Source of the DNA: Candidatus Zixiibacteriota bacterium
GTDB lineage: Bacteria > RBG-13-66-14 > B26-G2 > WVWN01
Direction: 5' to 3'
DNA length: 64,000 nt
Assembly (NCBI GenBank): GCA_011773985.1
Contig: WVWN01000064.1
Location: 32,580-96,579, forward strand
Part shown: piece after piece, positions 45,053 to 54,683 of the stretch
Layout: each line of letters starts with the position of its first letter
Numbering within the stretch: the first letter of the stretch is position 1
The notes under the pieces: model-generated
Told to the model about the DNA's origin: nothing
What the model saw: only the letters and a program-made list of their open reading frames with translations
Databases searched by the model: none
Translations under genes and position numbers: made by a program

Positions 45053-45127
45053 GGGGCGGTAGTTCAACTTGGTTAGAGCACCGGCCTGTCACGCCGGAAG
45101 TTGCGGGTTCGAGTCCCGTCCGCCCCG
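45053..45127 (+). tRNA. tRNA-Asp (anticodon GTC)
   Basis: GGGGCGGTAGTTCAACTTGGTTAGAGCACCGGCCTGTCACGCCGGAAGTTGCGGGTTCGAGTCCCGTCCGCCCCG; closely resembles canonical bacterial tRNA-Asp; 7-bp acceptor stem GGGGCGG/CCGCCCC; CCA not encoded. Confidence 0.9.
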
Positions 45128-45203
45128 AATCGTCGAGCCCCCCGCGCGCGGGAGGGCGAAAATTTAGCGACGCATGTTAATTTCAATTGGAGGCTGAGAC
45201 CAT

Positions 45204-47036
45204 ATGAGAAAGGCTATAACGATTGCGCTAGCGGCGGCTGCTTTGCTTTGGGTCGGCGCGACGCTAAACGGGTGCGGCGGCTGCGGTTACGACGAGAAAA
45301 GGCCGATCGCGACTATCGACGGTAAAACGACAATCACCGTCGGCGATTTCGTCTACCACTATAAACGCGCCGTCGAGATGGCGCCGCCCCAGGACAAGCC
45401 GGTCATCAATACCTTTGACGACGCGAAGGATTTCCTCGACGACATCGTGACCGCGCGCGTACTCGAGGTCGAGGCCGAAGCGCTGGGCTACGCCGACGAC
45501 GAGGGCCTAAAGAACTCCGTCAAAACTCACCGCTCCAATCTTCTCCGCGAACGGACGCGGCAGAAGATCGAGGATTCGGTTAAGGTCACCGAGGCCGAGA
45601 TCTTAGATCATTTCAATAAGAATAAGGAGTGGCGCCGGGTCTCTTTCATCGTGTGCGACGATAAAAAAAAGTGCGAGAAAGCGTACGCGGAACTTAAGGC
45701 CGGTAAACCGTGGGACGAGGTCGTAAAGAAGTACACGATCCGTGAGGAGAACAAAGACAAGGGCGGCAAGTTTGAGCTAGATTTTTATTACAACGCCGAT
45801 AACGTGAGCCGCGCCGTTTACGAGACCGCGGTCGGAAAGTACACCCCCGTCGTAGAGGGCGAGGGGGGCGACCAGTGGTTCATATTCCGCGTCGACGAAA
45901 AAATCCCGGGCCATAAGGATGAATACGCCAAGGTCAAGGATGAAATCCGCAACGCCATAAAACGTTACAAGGTTGACGTAAAGACGTGGGAATACCTGGA
46001 GAAGCTGCGCAAGGAAACCGACATAAAGGTCGACCGCAAAGTGTACGACGCGCTCATCAAGGGCGATATCGCTGACGCCAAGAAGAAGTACAATCGCAAG
46101 GGCGTAGCCGTGTCGAGCGTGGGCGGCATCCCCGTGTACTTCGAGAGTTGGTACGAGGGCATGTTTCTGCAACTGGGCGTGAGTGAGGAAACGGTAGGCG
46201 AATTTCGGCGGAAGGAACCCGAGCAATACAAGAAGGCTATGGACGAGCGGCTTAAGGCGTTGGAGAACGACGCGTTGCTCGAGTACGACGCGGTCCGGTC
46301 CGGTGTGGATAAAGACGATCAGTTCGTCCGCGACCTGGATAGATTCCGCGCCGGCATGTTGGTCGACCAGATTTACGACGACGTCTTCGTTGCCACTATC
46401 CCCGAGGTAACGGAGGGCGAGATTAGGGAGTACTTCGAAAATCATATCGAAGAGTTCCAGGACCTCGAGCGGGCCGACGTCCACGTAGTGGCATTTCCCG
46501 ACAAGGCGGAAGTCGAAAAGATCCGCGCGGAAGTCGCGGCCGGCGGCGACTTATCGGCCGTCGCGGGCAAACGGGTCGACAAATATTTGGCGGCGATGGA
46601 GGAAAAAGGGGAATTGAAGAAACAACCTACCCCGGAGAAGATGCCGGTTTCGGACTTCTTGACGGTATACAAGGAGGCGGAAGGCGCCAAAGCCGGGACG
46701 GGCACGAGGCCCGGGGGCGCCGAGTTTGCCTTGGCGGATGAACTCAGGCCCCGCGTTTTCAAAACCAAAAAGGGCGACGTAAGCGAGGTCTTCAAGCTCA
46801 AGGACGGCCGCTGGGCGTTCTTCAAGTATTTGGAATATTTCCCCTTCGTTCAACATACGCTGGACGAAGAACAATACCGCAGCACCGCGGAGGACGGCGC
46901 ACAACGCGAAAAAATAGCGAGCCCGGAGGTCGATCGCAAGTGCCAGGCGTGGTTCGGCGAGTTGCGCGCCAAACACGAAATCGACGTCGACGAAGGTGCC
47001 CTTAAAATGGCGTACAAAAAGGTTCAGAAATTATAG
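45204..47036 (+). CDS. SurA-like periplasmic chaperone lipoprotein (parvulin-type domains)
   Basis: Lipobox LNGCGGC; SurA-N-like region and PpiC-type domains; 610 aa. Confidence 0.6.
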   Translation: MRKAITIALAAAALLWVGATLNGCGGCGYDEKRPIATIDGKTTITVGDFVYHYKRAVEMAPPQDKPVINTFDDAKDFLDDIVTARVLEVEAEALGYADDEGLKNSVKTHRSNLLRERTRQKIEDSVKVTEAEILDHFNKNKEWRRVSFIVCDDKKKCEKAYAELKAGKPWDEVVKKYTIREENKDKGGKFELDFYYNADNVSRAVYETAVGKYTPVVEGEGGDQWFIFRVDEKIPGHKDEYAKVKDEIRNAIKRYKVDVKTWEYLEKLRKETDIKVDRKVYDALIKGDIADAKKKYNRKGVAVSSVGGIPVYFESWYEGMFLQLGVSEETVGEFRRKEPEQYKKAMDERLKALENDALLEYDAVRSGVDKDDQFVRDLDRFRAGMLVDQIYDDVFVATIPEVTEGEIREYFENHIEEFQDLERADVHVVAFPDKAEVEKIRAEVAAGGDLSAVAGKRVDKYLAAMEEKGELKKQPTPEKMPVSDFLTVYKEAEGAKAGTGTRPGGAEFALADELRPRVFKTKKGDVSEVFKLKDGRWAFFKYLEYFPFVQHTLDEEQYRSTAEDGAQREKIASPEVDRKCQAWFGELRAKHEIDVDEGALKMAYKKVQKL

Positions 47037-47971
47037 TGGCCACACGTAAATGGTGGTGGGCGGCGGCCGTCGTTTTTCTGTGCGCGGCCGCCGGTTGCCG
47101 TAAAGGGAAGGAAGGCGAAGCCGCGGGAGCGCGCGTGGTGGCGCGCGTCGGCGAGCGGGGCGTTACCGCCGCGGACGTCTACCGCGGCCTTTACCCCCAA
47201 GGTCGCCCGAAAGACGCACGGGTCGACCGCGACGCGGCGCGCCGGGTCGCGGAACAACTCGTCGAACGCGCGCTGATCCTCGCTTGGGCCGAGGAGCACG
47301 GCCTCCGCGTGAGCGACGACGACGTGGAGGCGCGCCTTCGCCTTATAAGGGCCGATTTCAGGGCCCGCGATTTCGCATCCTACCTTAAGTCGCAAGGCTT
47401 GACGCCCGAGAGCTTTAAGGGAATCGTCCGGGACGACGTGGTGGTCGAGGCCGCGATCGAAGCCGCCGTTGTCGAGAAAGTTTCCGTAAGTTACGACGAC
47501 GTCGTCGCCTATTACAGCGTCGGGGCCGACGAGTTCGAAGTACCCGCCGAGTATCACCTTAAGCAGATCATTACGGAGGACAGGGCCAAAGCCAAAGCTT
47601 CGCTCGCAAAACTCAAGTACGGCGCTGCCTTCGAAGAGGTGGCCCGTGAACTCTCGATGTCGCCAGACCGCTATACGGGGGGCGACGTGGGCTATACGAC
47701 GCTCGACGCACTTCCGCCCGAGGTGGGGGCCGTGGTGAAGAAGCTCCCCCCCGGGCGGACCAGCGGCATAATCGAAACGTCGTACGGCTTCGAGGTCGTC
47801 AAGGTCGTCGGCGTTCGCGAGGCCAGGCGCAAGCCTTTGGCCGAGGTTCGGACCGAGATCGAGGACCGTCTCCGGACCGAGCGCGAAGAGGAGGCTTACG
47901 GTCGCTGGCTTGAGGAACTGAAGAAGACCGCGAAAATATCCGTGGACGAAAGCGCTTTGGCAGCGTTATGA
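47036..47971 (+). CDS. PpiC/PrsA-type peptidyl-prolyl isomerase lipoprotein
   Basis: Lipobox AAAGC; parvulin core ...ELSMSPDRYTGGDVGY...; start overlaps the preceding stop. Confidence 0.6.
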   Translation: MATRKWWWAAAVVFLCAAAGCRKGKEGEAAGARVVARVGERGVTAADVYRGLYPQGRPKDARVDRDAARRVAEQLVERALILAWAEEHGLRVSDDDVEARLRLIRADFRARDFASYLKSQGLTPESFKGIVRDDVVVEAAIEAAVVEKVSVSYDDVVAYYSVGADEFEVPAEYHLKQIITEDRAKAKASLAKLKYGAAFEEVARELSMSPDRYTGGDVGYTTLDALPPEVGAVVKKLPPGRTSGIIETSYGFEVVKVVGVREARRKPLAEVRTEIEDRLRTEREEEAYGRWLEELKKTAKISVDESALAAL

Positions 47972-49281
47972 AATTGCTCAAAAGGTTAACGGCTACTTCG
48001 TCGCTCGTACGATTTTCGGGTTGTATTTTATGTATGGCTGCGGGCGCGTGGGCGGCGCGGCGCCCCTTGGACGGCATCGTCGCGGTGGTCAATGACGACG
48101 TTATACTGGCGAGCGAACTCGGCGAGGAGGTCTCGGTTCGTTTGTACCAACTTGGGCCATCAGCTTCGAAGGCGCGCGACGTCCGCGCGTATACCGCCGA
48201 GGTCCTGACGTCGATGATCGACTCCCTTTTGCTCATTCAGGACGCCGACGACCACGACATCGTCGTATCCAAAGAGGACATCAAGCCCTATCTCGACGAG
48301 GAGCTGGCGCGCATCCGCGGCGCTTTCGCCTCGCGGGAGGAGTACCAGGCCGCCCTCGCGCAGTACGGCATGACGGAGAAGGACCTCGTCGTACGATACC
48401 GTAAAAACCTCCGCGACCAGCTCAAGATAAGGCGCCTTACGGACCAGGTCCTTTCCCCTCGCGTCGAGGTAACGGAAGAGGAAATACGCGCCTACTACGA
48501 CACGCACCGCGCCGTGTTGGCCGAGCCCACGCTCGTAACCTTGAGGGAAATCGCCGTCGCCAAGGAGGCTTCTGCGGAGTCGAAGGCCCGCGTAAGGCGA
48601 AAGCTGGAGGACCTCCGGAACGCGGCCCTCGCGGGCGGTGACTTCGCGGCGTTGGCCGAAGCGCTCGCCGCGGAAGAGGGAGGCGACTTCGGGAGCTCGT
48701 TTAAATTCCTTCCCGGCGAGGCCGTTCCGGAGCTCGGCCGCGCCGCGGCCAAGCTTAGGCCCGGCGACGTTTCGCCGGTGACGCCGGGGCCGAACGGATA
48801 TTGGCTCGTGCGGCTCTTGGGAATTGAGAACGACCGACGCGAAGTCCAGTTCGTCCACCTTGAGCTGCGCGTTACCGAGGCGGACATAGAGGCGGCGCGC
48901 GCCAAGGCGAAAGAGGCTTTGGCGGCGCTCGCGCGCGGCGAGCTTTTCGCCGACGTTGCCGCGGAGTTTAGCGAGAACGAAGAGACCGCGGCTCGAGGTG
49001 GCTTGGTCGGCGAGGTTGACATAAACGAAATCGAAGCGGAGATGCCCGGCATTGCCGGAGCGATAGAGCGGCTTTCGCCGGGGGAAGTCACGCCCGTGGT
49101 GGAGCGCCCGGAGGGCTTTTTTATCGTCAAGCTCGAGGAAAGGCGGGAGGGGCGCGAGGTCTCCTACGAGGAGGCGCGCGAACGGATTAAACGGTTGCTT
49201 CAAACCCAGAAGCTGGCCCTCGAGCAGAAGAAGTACTTGCAGGGGCTAAAGGAAAAGTCCTACGTCAAAACATTCGAGTAG
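47968..49281 (+). CDS. surA: Peptidylprolyl isomerase / chaperone SurA
   Basis: SurA N-domain (LDGIVAVVNDDVILASEL) followed by two parvulin domains; 437 aa. Confidence 0.7.
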   Translation: MKLLKRLTATSSLVRFSGCILCMAAGAWAARRPLDGIVAVVNDDVILASELGEEVSVRLYQLGPSASKARDVRAYTAEVLTSMIDSLLLIQDADDHDIVVSKEDIKPYLDEELARIRGAFASREEYQAALAQYGMTEKDLVVRYRKNLRDQLKIRRLTDQVLSPRVEVTEEEIRAYYDTHRAVLAEPTLVTLREIAVAKEASAESKARVRRKLEDLRNAALAGGDFAALAEALAAEEGGDFGSSFKFLPGEAVPELGRAAAKLRPGDVSPVTPGPNGYWLVRLLGIENDRREVQFVHLELRVTEADIEAARAKAKEALAALARGELFADVAAEFSENEETAARGGLVGEVDINEIEAEMPGIAGAIERLSPGEVTPVVERPEGFFIVKLEERREGREVSYEEARERIKRLLQTQKLALEQKKYLQGLKEKSYVKTFE

Positions 49282-49312
49282 GCCGGGGGGCTTTAAGACG
49301 GGAAAAAAATAG

Positions 49313-49341
49313 AGCAGGCTTCTCACGCCTGCTTTTATAAA
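49313..49341 (+). terminator. Rho-independent terminator after surA
   Basis: AGCAGGC-ttctcac-GCCTGCT followed by TTTTATAAAT. Confidence 0.55.
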
Positions 49342-49359
49342 TGCCGCGCCGTCGGCACC

Positions 49360-49722
49360 TCAGTCGAGGTTCGGGACCAGCAAAACGGGTATGTCCGTTT
49401 TCGTGAGGATGTCGCGCGAGATAGCGCTGGATATATCGCCCCGTTCGTCGAGGCCCAAAATAATCAGGTCCACCTCTTCTTCTTGGGCCGTTTTCGCTAT
49501 CGTGTCCGTCAGACGGCCTATGCGGAGGATCGAGCGGATCTTCGGCGTCGTGCGTTGCCGTTGGAATATCGCGAGGGCTTGTTGGCCGTCCTCGTACTCG
49601 TCCTGGCTGTCTACGACGTGCAATACGACGAGTTGGGCGTTGGCCCGTGAGGCGATTTTGACTAGATAGTCTGCCTTTTTCTTGGCCGGGACGCTCCCCG
49701 CGGTGGTAACCATTATCTTCAA
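49360..49722 (-). CDS. Universal stress protein (UspA family)
   Basis: 120 aa, UspA fold motifs (LVVLHVVD..., ...IPVLLVP). Confidence 0.7.
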   Translation of the reverse strand: MKIMVTTAGSVPAKKKADYLVKIASRANAQLVVLHVVDSQDEYEDGQQALAIFQRQRTTPKIRSILRIGRLTDTIAKTAQEEEVDLIILGLDERGDISSAISRDILTKTDIPVLLVPNLD

Positions 49723-49985
49723 GTCGCTTCCTCCTGCGGCGGGTGGCGTTTATTCCGCCATTATTTTATGTTAATAAGGAGGCGCCGTCAAGTGATAACG
49801 TAAAGTACTTCCGGGCGCGCCTTTAGCAATTTGCCTTTTACGGTAAAAGGCCGCCGCGGCCTGCGGCGCGCCGGGTCCGGATTTGCCCCTGGGGCCGACG
49901 GCAAGTGGCTCGCCCGCGATTTTTTCATTATCACTGATCGAGTTTTTGTTATAATAAAAAAAACGCGCCTCGAAGGGAATAGCTA

Positions 49986-50174
49986 ATGATCGAATACCCA
50001 TACCTCCTCGTGGTCCTGCTCGGGCTAGTGATGTTGGTTGGTGGTTTTTGGCTCGGCCAAGCGTCGAAAGTAAAGGCGCTCCGCATCATCGGGCCGCCGG
50101 CCGGGGTTGTCGGCTTAATCGTCATTTTTATCGGCATACTCCTGACCTGCGTTTCCGGGTTCTTTACCGGTTAG
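49986..50174 (+). CDS. Small two-TM membrane protein (hypothetical)
   Basis: 62 aa, two hydrophobic helices; sits between a TATAAT-containing AT-rich region and mtaB. Confidence 0.4.
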   Translation: MIEYPYLLVVLLGLVMLVGGFWLGQASKVKALRIIGPPAGVVGLIVIFIGILLTCVSGFFTG

Positions 50175-50192
50175 GTTTACGCCGCTTCCCGC

Positions 50193-51452
50193 ATGCCCAC
50201 CGTCGCGTTCAAGACGCTCGGCTGTAAGCTCAACCAGTACGAGACCGAAGTCGTGCGCGCCGGCCTTGAGGACGCAGGCTTCCGGGTCGTCGCGTTTGGG
50301 GAGCCGGCCGACTATTACGTCGTCAATACCTGTACCGTAACGGGACGCAGCGACTATAAGTCGCGCCAGCTCGTGCGACGCGTCTGCCGCGAGCGGCCGC
50401 GGTCGCGCGTCGTCGTTACCGGCTGCTACGCCGACCTCGCGCCCCAAGTATTCGCGCCGCTCGGGCCGAACGTCGCCGTCTTTCCCAATCGGCAGAAGGA
50501 AAAAATACCCGCGCTGATAGCCGGGGGACTTACCTCGCCCGAGGCCCCGCCCAGGCGCGTAACTCGCTTCGCCGACCGGACCAGGCTTTTCCTGAAGGTC
50601 CAGGACGGCTGCGACCACGCCTGCGCGTACTGCGCGGTAGTGGCCGCGCGCGGCGCGAGCCACAGCCGCCCGGCGGACGAAGTCGTCGAAGACGTACGCG
50701 CCGCGACGGCCGCGGGCGTAAAGGAGGTCGTCCTGGTCGGCGTAGACCTGGGTTCCTACGGCCGGGACCTCGGCGCGGAGCGTTCGCTGGCCGCGTTGTG
50801 CGGCGAATTGTCGGCGTTACCCGGCGACTTTCGCGTCCGCCTTTCTTCCGTGGACGCGTCCGATTTCGAGCCGGGACTCGTCGACGAGCTGGCCGCGGGG
50901 GGCCGCCTGTGTTCCCACGTTCACCTGCCGCTCCAGTCGGGCGACGATCGCATCCTCCGGCGGATGCGACGGCGCTATCGCGTCGACGGCTACCGGCGTT
51001 TGTGCTTCGAGCTGCTCGCGCGCGTCGTGGATGTCGCGATTGGGGTGGACGTTATGGCGGGTTTACCCGGCGAGGATGCGAAAGCTTTCGGGAGAAGCTG
51101 CGCCTTGTTGGAGGAAATACCCTTCGCCTATTTGCACGTTTTCCCGTACTCGCCGCGCCCGGGGACTGAGGCCGCGGCCATGCCCGGGCAAGTACCCCCC
51201 GAGGAGCGGGAACGGCGGGCGGCCGCGCTACGCGAAATTGCCGCGCGGAAGCGTCGCGCGTACGAGCGGCGGTTCGTGGGGACGGCGCGGACCGCGCTCG
51301 TCGAAGAGAGGCGGCCGGGGGGCGCGGCGGTGGCCTTGACCGATAATTATTTACGTATAGCGTTGCCCGGTTACGTGGGCCCGGGCAACGTTTTCGTAAC
51401 GGCGCGGCTGGTTGCGCACGACGGCCGCGTCGTGGGGGTATCGGCCGGGTAG
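50193..51452 (+). CDS. mtaB: MiaB-family radical SAM methylthiotransferase (MtaB-like)
   Basis: N-terminal MTTase domain (FKTLGCKLNQYETE...NTCTVT), radical SAM core CAYC, C-terminal TRAM-like region. Confidence 0.8.
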   Translation: MPTVAFKTLGCKLNQYETEVVRAGLEDAGFRVVAFGEPADYYVVNTCTVTGRSDYKSRQLVRRVCRERPRSRVVVTGCYADLAPQVFAPLGPNVAVFPNRQKEKIPALIAGGLTSPEAPPRRVTRFADRTRLFLKVQDGCDHACAYCAVVAARGASHSRPADEVVEDVRAATAAGVKEVVLVGVDLGSYGRDLGAERSLAALCGELSALPGDFRVRLSSVDASDFEPGLVDELAAGGRLCSHVHLPLQSGDDRILRRMRRRYRVDGYRRLCFELLARVVDVAIGVDVMAGLPGEDAKAFGRSCALLEEIPFAYLHVFPYSPRPGTEAAAMPGQVPPEERERRAAALREIAARKRRAYERRFVGTARTALVEERRPGGAAVALTDNYLRIALPGYVGPGNVFVTARLVAHDGRVVGVSAG

Positions 51453-51475
51453 TACCGGCGCCGAGGTGATGATGT

Positions 51476-52168
51476 ATGTGGTATCCTTTCTACGCAAGTC
51501 TCGACCCCACTTTCCTTCTTCTAATACCGGTTATACTGTTAGGTTTTTATGCCCAGTGGAAGGTGAGGTCTACTTATAGAAAATACGCCCAGGTACGGGC
51601 GGCGGCCGGCTTGCCTGGGGCCAAAGTGGCTGCGGGTTTGCTGGAGAAGGAAAAACTGGGCGGCGTCGCCCTCGAGGAGATAGCCGGTACGCTGACGGAC
51701 CATTACGACCCGCGCTCGCGGACCCTCCGCCTTTCGTCCGGGGTTGCGCGCAGCTCGAGCATCGCCGCCTACGGCGTCGCCGCGCACGAGGTGGGCCACG
51801 CGACGCAGCACCGCGATCGGTACGGCCCCTTGGCGATGCGGAATGCGATATTGCCCGTCGCCAGCCTCGGCTCGCAATTGCTAATCCCCTTGCTTATCGG
51901 CGGTTTTATTTTCCGGTGGGGATTTTTGATTAACGTCGGGATAATCCTTTACGCGTTCGCGGTGGTGTTCCAGATCGTAACGTTGCCCGTCGAGCTCAAC
52001 GCTTCCCGGCGCGGGCTCGCTATGCTACGCGAGACCGGTGCCGTCGCCCCGGAGGAGGTCGCGGGGGCGCGGCAGGTCCTGAGCGCCGCGGCCTTAACCT
52101 ACGTCGCGGCGACGTTGACCGCGATAACGTGGCTCGTCTACCTGTTGTTGGGGGCGCGGCGAGGTTAA
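51476..52168 (+). CDS. Membrane zinc metallopeptidase (Zn_peptidase_2 / PF04298-like)
   Basis: HEVGH zinc-binding motif flanked by TM helices; 230 aa. Confidence 0.65.
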   Translation: MWYPFYASLDPTFLLLIPVILLGFYAQWKVRSTYRKYAQVRAAAGLPGAKVAAGLLEKEKLGGVALEEIAGTLTDHYDPRSRTLRLSSGVARSSSIAAYGVAAHEVGHATQHRDRYGPLAMRNAILPVASLGSQLLIPLLIGGFIFRWGFLINVGIILYAFAVVFQIVTLPVELNASRRGLAMLRETGAVAPEEVAGARQVLSAAALTYVAATLTAITWLVYLLLGARRG

Positions 52169-52214
52169 GTAAGGGACCGTGGCCGCAGCGTGCCGGGCGG
52201 CGCGCGTCCTTCGC

Positions 52215-53306
52215 TTATTGGTACGAGAGAACGGTCCCGTCGTCGGCGACCGCGTAGACGGCGTCCGGCCCGACGGCGAGGCTCGACGATACGCCCGCCG
52301 GGGCGTCGGCTTCCCAGGCAATGCCGCCGTCGTGCGCCCGGAGGGCGTAAATTTTACCGGCCCCCGTCCCCACGTATACCAGGCCCTGCGCCACCGTGGG
52401 GCTACCCTCGACGGCCCCCGCGACTTCGGCCTGCCATAACCTGGCGCCGTCCACGAGGCGGAGCGCGACGAGTTTACCCTCCCACGTCCCGGCGAAGACG
52501 GCGCCTTTCGCCGCGGCGAGGCCGCTTATGCCTTCGCCCGTTGGGTAGCGCCAAAGCGGCCGGGCGTTAGCCGGGTTTAGGGCCGTGATTTCGCCGTTTT
52601 CCGAGGCCACGACGAGCGTTCCCGCTTCGACGAACGGCGGCGCCGAAAGCGGCCCGCCGGCGTCGTAGCTCCATTTCTGCCGGCCGGCGGCGGCGTCTAG
52701 GCATAGGAGGCGGCCGCGGCGTGACGCGACGTAGATACTCTTATTTGCGAAACAGGGCGTCGTCCAAATAGGCCCTAAGTCTCGGGCGGTCCATTTCAAC
52801 TTGGCGCTTCGCGCGCCCACGGCGAACACGTCCCCCTTTAACGTGCCGAAGAAGACGTTCCCCGCCGCTACCGCCGGGTCAGCGACGATTTTGCTCCCGG
52901 CGCGGAATTTCCACTTAAGGCGGCCGTCGGGTAGGTCGAGGGCGTAGAGGTGGCCGTCCGCGGAGCCGAAATAAGCCGTGGTACCTGCGAGTGCCGCGCC
53001 GCCCGCCACGTCCCCGCCCGTCCGGAAACGGTAGAGGATTTTCCCACGCGCGGCGTCGATAACGTTGAGGTTGTCGTCGTTCGTGCCGACGAGCAGGTAA
53101 CCGCCGGCGAGGACCGGCGAGGAGAATGAGGAAGCTTTCAAGGGGAGGGTCCAGGTCGCCGCGCGCGGCGGGCCGACGAAGTCGGGGCGAAGGGAAGCGG
53201 TACGGCCGGAGGCGCCGCGGTACGTGTCCCAGGCGGGGCGGCAAGCGAATATAAAAAACGTCGTTGCGGCGGCAACGAGTATAGGGTAATGTTTCACGAC
53301 GCCCAC
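52215..53306 (-). CDS. PQQ-like beta-propeller repeat protein (BamB-like)
   Basis: Repeated ...G.LYALD..GK.LW.. blades; 363 aa. Confidence 0.65.
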   Translation of the reverse strand: MGVVKHYPILVAAATTFFIFACRPAWDTYRGASGRTASLRPDFVGPPRAATWTLPLKASSFSSPVLAGGYLLVGTNDDNLNVIDAARGKILYRFRTGGDVAGGAALAGTTAYFGSADGHLYALDLPDGRLKWKFRAGSKIVADPAVAAGNVFFGTLKGDVFAVGARSAKLKWTARDLGPIWTTPCFANKSIYVASRRGRLLCLDAAAGRQKWSYDAGGPLSAPPFVEAGTLVVASENGEITALNPANARPLWRYPTGEGISGLAAAKGAVFAGTWEGKLVALRLVDGARLWQAEVAGAVEGSPTVAQGLVYVGTGAGKIYALRAHDGGIAWEADAPAGVSSSLAVGPDAVYAVADDGTVLSYQ

Positions 53307-53335
53307 GGGCGGGACTATAACACCCGCGTCTTGCT

Positions 53336-54043
53336 ATGTCAACGTTCGCGCGAGCGACGGTAAGCCAGAATTTTTTAGACGACCTATACGGCCGGATCGC
53401 CCGCCGTTACGACCTGGTTAACGTGGTGCAGAGTTTTGGCCTGTTGGGTCTCGTGCGGCGGGCCGTGGCCCGTTGCGTAGCTCGAGGGTTGGTTCTCGAC
53501 GCGGGCGCGGGGAGCGGCCGTTTCGCCGCGGCGTGCCTTGCCGCGGGCGCTTCTCGCGTCGTGTGCCTGGACCGGAGCGCGGAGATGTTCGCGGTGGCGC
53601 GCGCCAAGCTCGCGGCCCACGAAAAAGCCGGCCGGGTTCGTTTCGTTTTGGGCGACGTTACGCGGCTCCCTTTCGCGGACGGCGCCTTCGAGAACGCGGG
53701 CAGCGTTTTCGTCTTCCGGAATATCCCCGGCGTAGACGCCGCCGCGGCGGAAATGCGCCGGGTAATAAGGCCCGGGGGCCGTTTGGCGGTGGCCGATGCC
53801 TTGGCCCCGCCCCCGGGCGTCTTAGGTTATTTTTATAAAATTTATCTAAACGCGGTGGTTCCCCTATGGGGCCGTCTTCTCGCGCGCGACGGGGCGGCGT
53901 ACCGTTACCTGGCGGCGTCGATACAGAAATGTATTTCCGCGCAGGAGTTCGCCCGGCTGTTGGCCGGCGCGGGCTTCGCGGACGTCGCCCGCAAACCCAA
54001 ATTGGGGGGCATCGCTCACGTCGTGTGGGGCCGCGTGCCGTGA
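53336..54043 (+). CDS. ubiE: Demethylmenaquinone/ubiquinone C-methyltransferase UbiE/MenG
   Basis: YDLVNVVQSFGLLGLVRR (UbiE signature YD.MN...S.G.HR.W), SAM motif VLDAGAGSG. Confidence 0.75.
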   Translation: MSTFARATVSQNFLDDLYGRIARRYDLVNVVQSFGLLGLVRRAVARCVARGLVLDAGAGSGRFAAACLAAGASRVVCLDRSAEMFAVARAKLAAHEKAGRVRFVLGDVTRLPFADGAFENAGSVFVFRNIPGVDAAAAEMRRVIRPGGRLAVADALAPPPGVLGYFYKIYLNAVVPLWGRLLARDGAAYRYLAASIQKCISAQEFARLLAGAGFADVARKPKLGGIAHVVWGRVP

Positions 54044-54669
54044 TTAGGGATTATTTAAAATTGGTTCTCGGGATTTGCGCCCTCGCGGGGGCGTGCGCCG
54101 CGCCGCGGCCGGCGCGCGAGACGGCGGCCGCCGCCCCCTACGACGAAGACGCGTTCGCCGCGCGCGCCGCGGCGTTGCAAAAGACGTGCGAGCTGGCGGT
54201 GGTATATCTGGGGGCTGATGACGCCCGCGCCGCGGCCGTGGTCGAGCAGGGGCGCGTCGCCGCGTTGGAAGCGGTGCGGCGCGCCCCCGACGCCTATCGG
54301 GGCGTCGTCTTCGCCCGCGCCTTCGAAAGGCTCGAGGGGGCCGCGGCTGCGCTCGCCGGCGTCGGCGACTACTCGCCGCCGTTGAGCGATTCCGAGTACG
54401 AACGTCTCCGGGCCGAGCTCCTTTCCGCCGCGGACGAGCTCCGGCCGTTGGGTGAGCCGTATTACTTGAAAGTGGCCCGGCGCTACGAGGGCTTGGGGCG
54501 TCGCCGGCGCGTCCAGTGGGGCCCCCGCCCACCGCCCGAGAAGCGAGCCCCTGAGGCCCGACCGGTGCCGGGGGCACCGCGCCCCCCCGAGGAGGCTACG
54601 CCTCCCGAAGAGCCTTCGCCGGAAACGGCTGCACCTCCCCCGCCTGAAACCTCAGGCCCTCGAGAATAA
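54040..54669 (+). CDS. Hypothetical lipoprotein with Pro/Glu-rich C-terminal tail
   Basis: GTG start overlapping the ubiE stop (VIRDYLKLVLGICALAGACAAP lipobox); the track ORF starting at 53866 is an upstream extension inside ubiE. Confidence 0.5.
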   Translation: MIRDYLKLVLGICALAGACAAPRPARETAAAAPYDEDAFAARAAALQKTCELAVVYLGADDARAAAVVEQGRVAALEAVRRAPDAYRGVVFARAFERLEGAAAALAGVGDYSPPLSDSEYERLRAELLSAADELRPLGEPYYLKVARRYEGLGRRRRVQWGPRPPPEKRAPEARPVPGAPRPPEEATPPEEPSPETAAPPPPETSGPRE

Positions 54670-54683
54670 CCGGAGCCTTCTTC

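Noticed and set aside
45101-45325. 74-aa ORF starting inside tRNA-Asp
   Set aside because: Overlaps the tRNA and the surA-like gene start; spurious.
45777-46484. 235-aa minus-strand ORF
   Set aside because: Antisense to the SurA-like lipoprotein gene.
48160-49203. 347-aa minus-strand ORF
   Set aside because: Antisense to surA.
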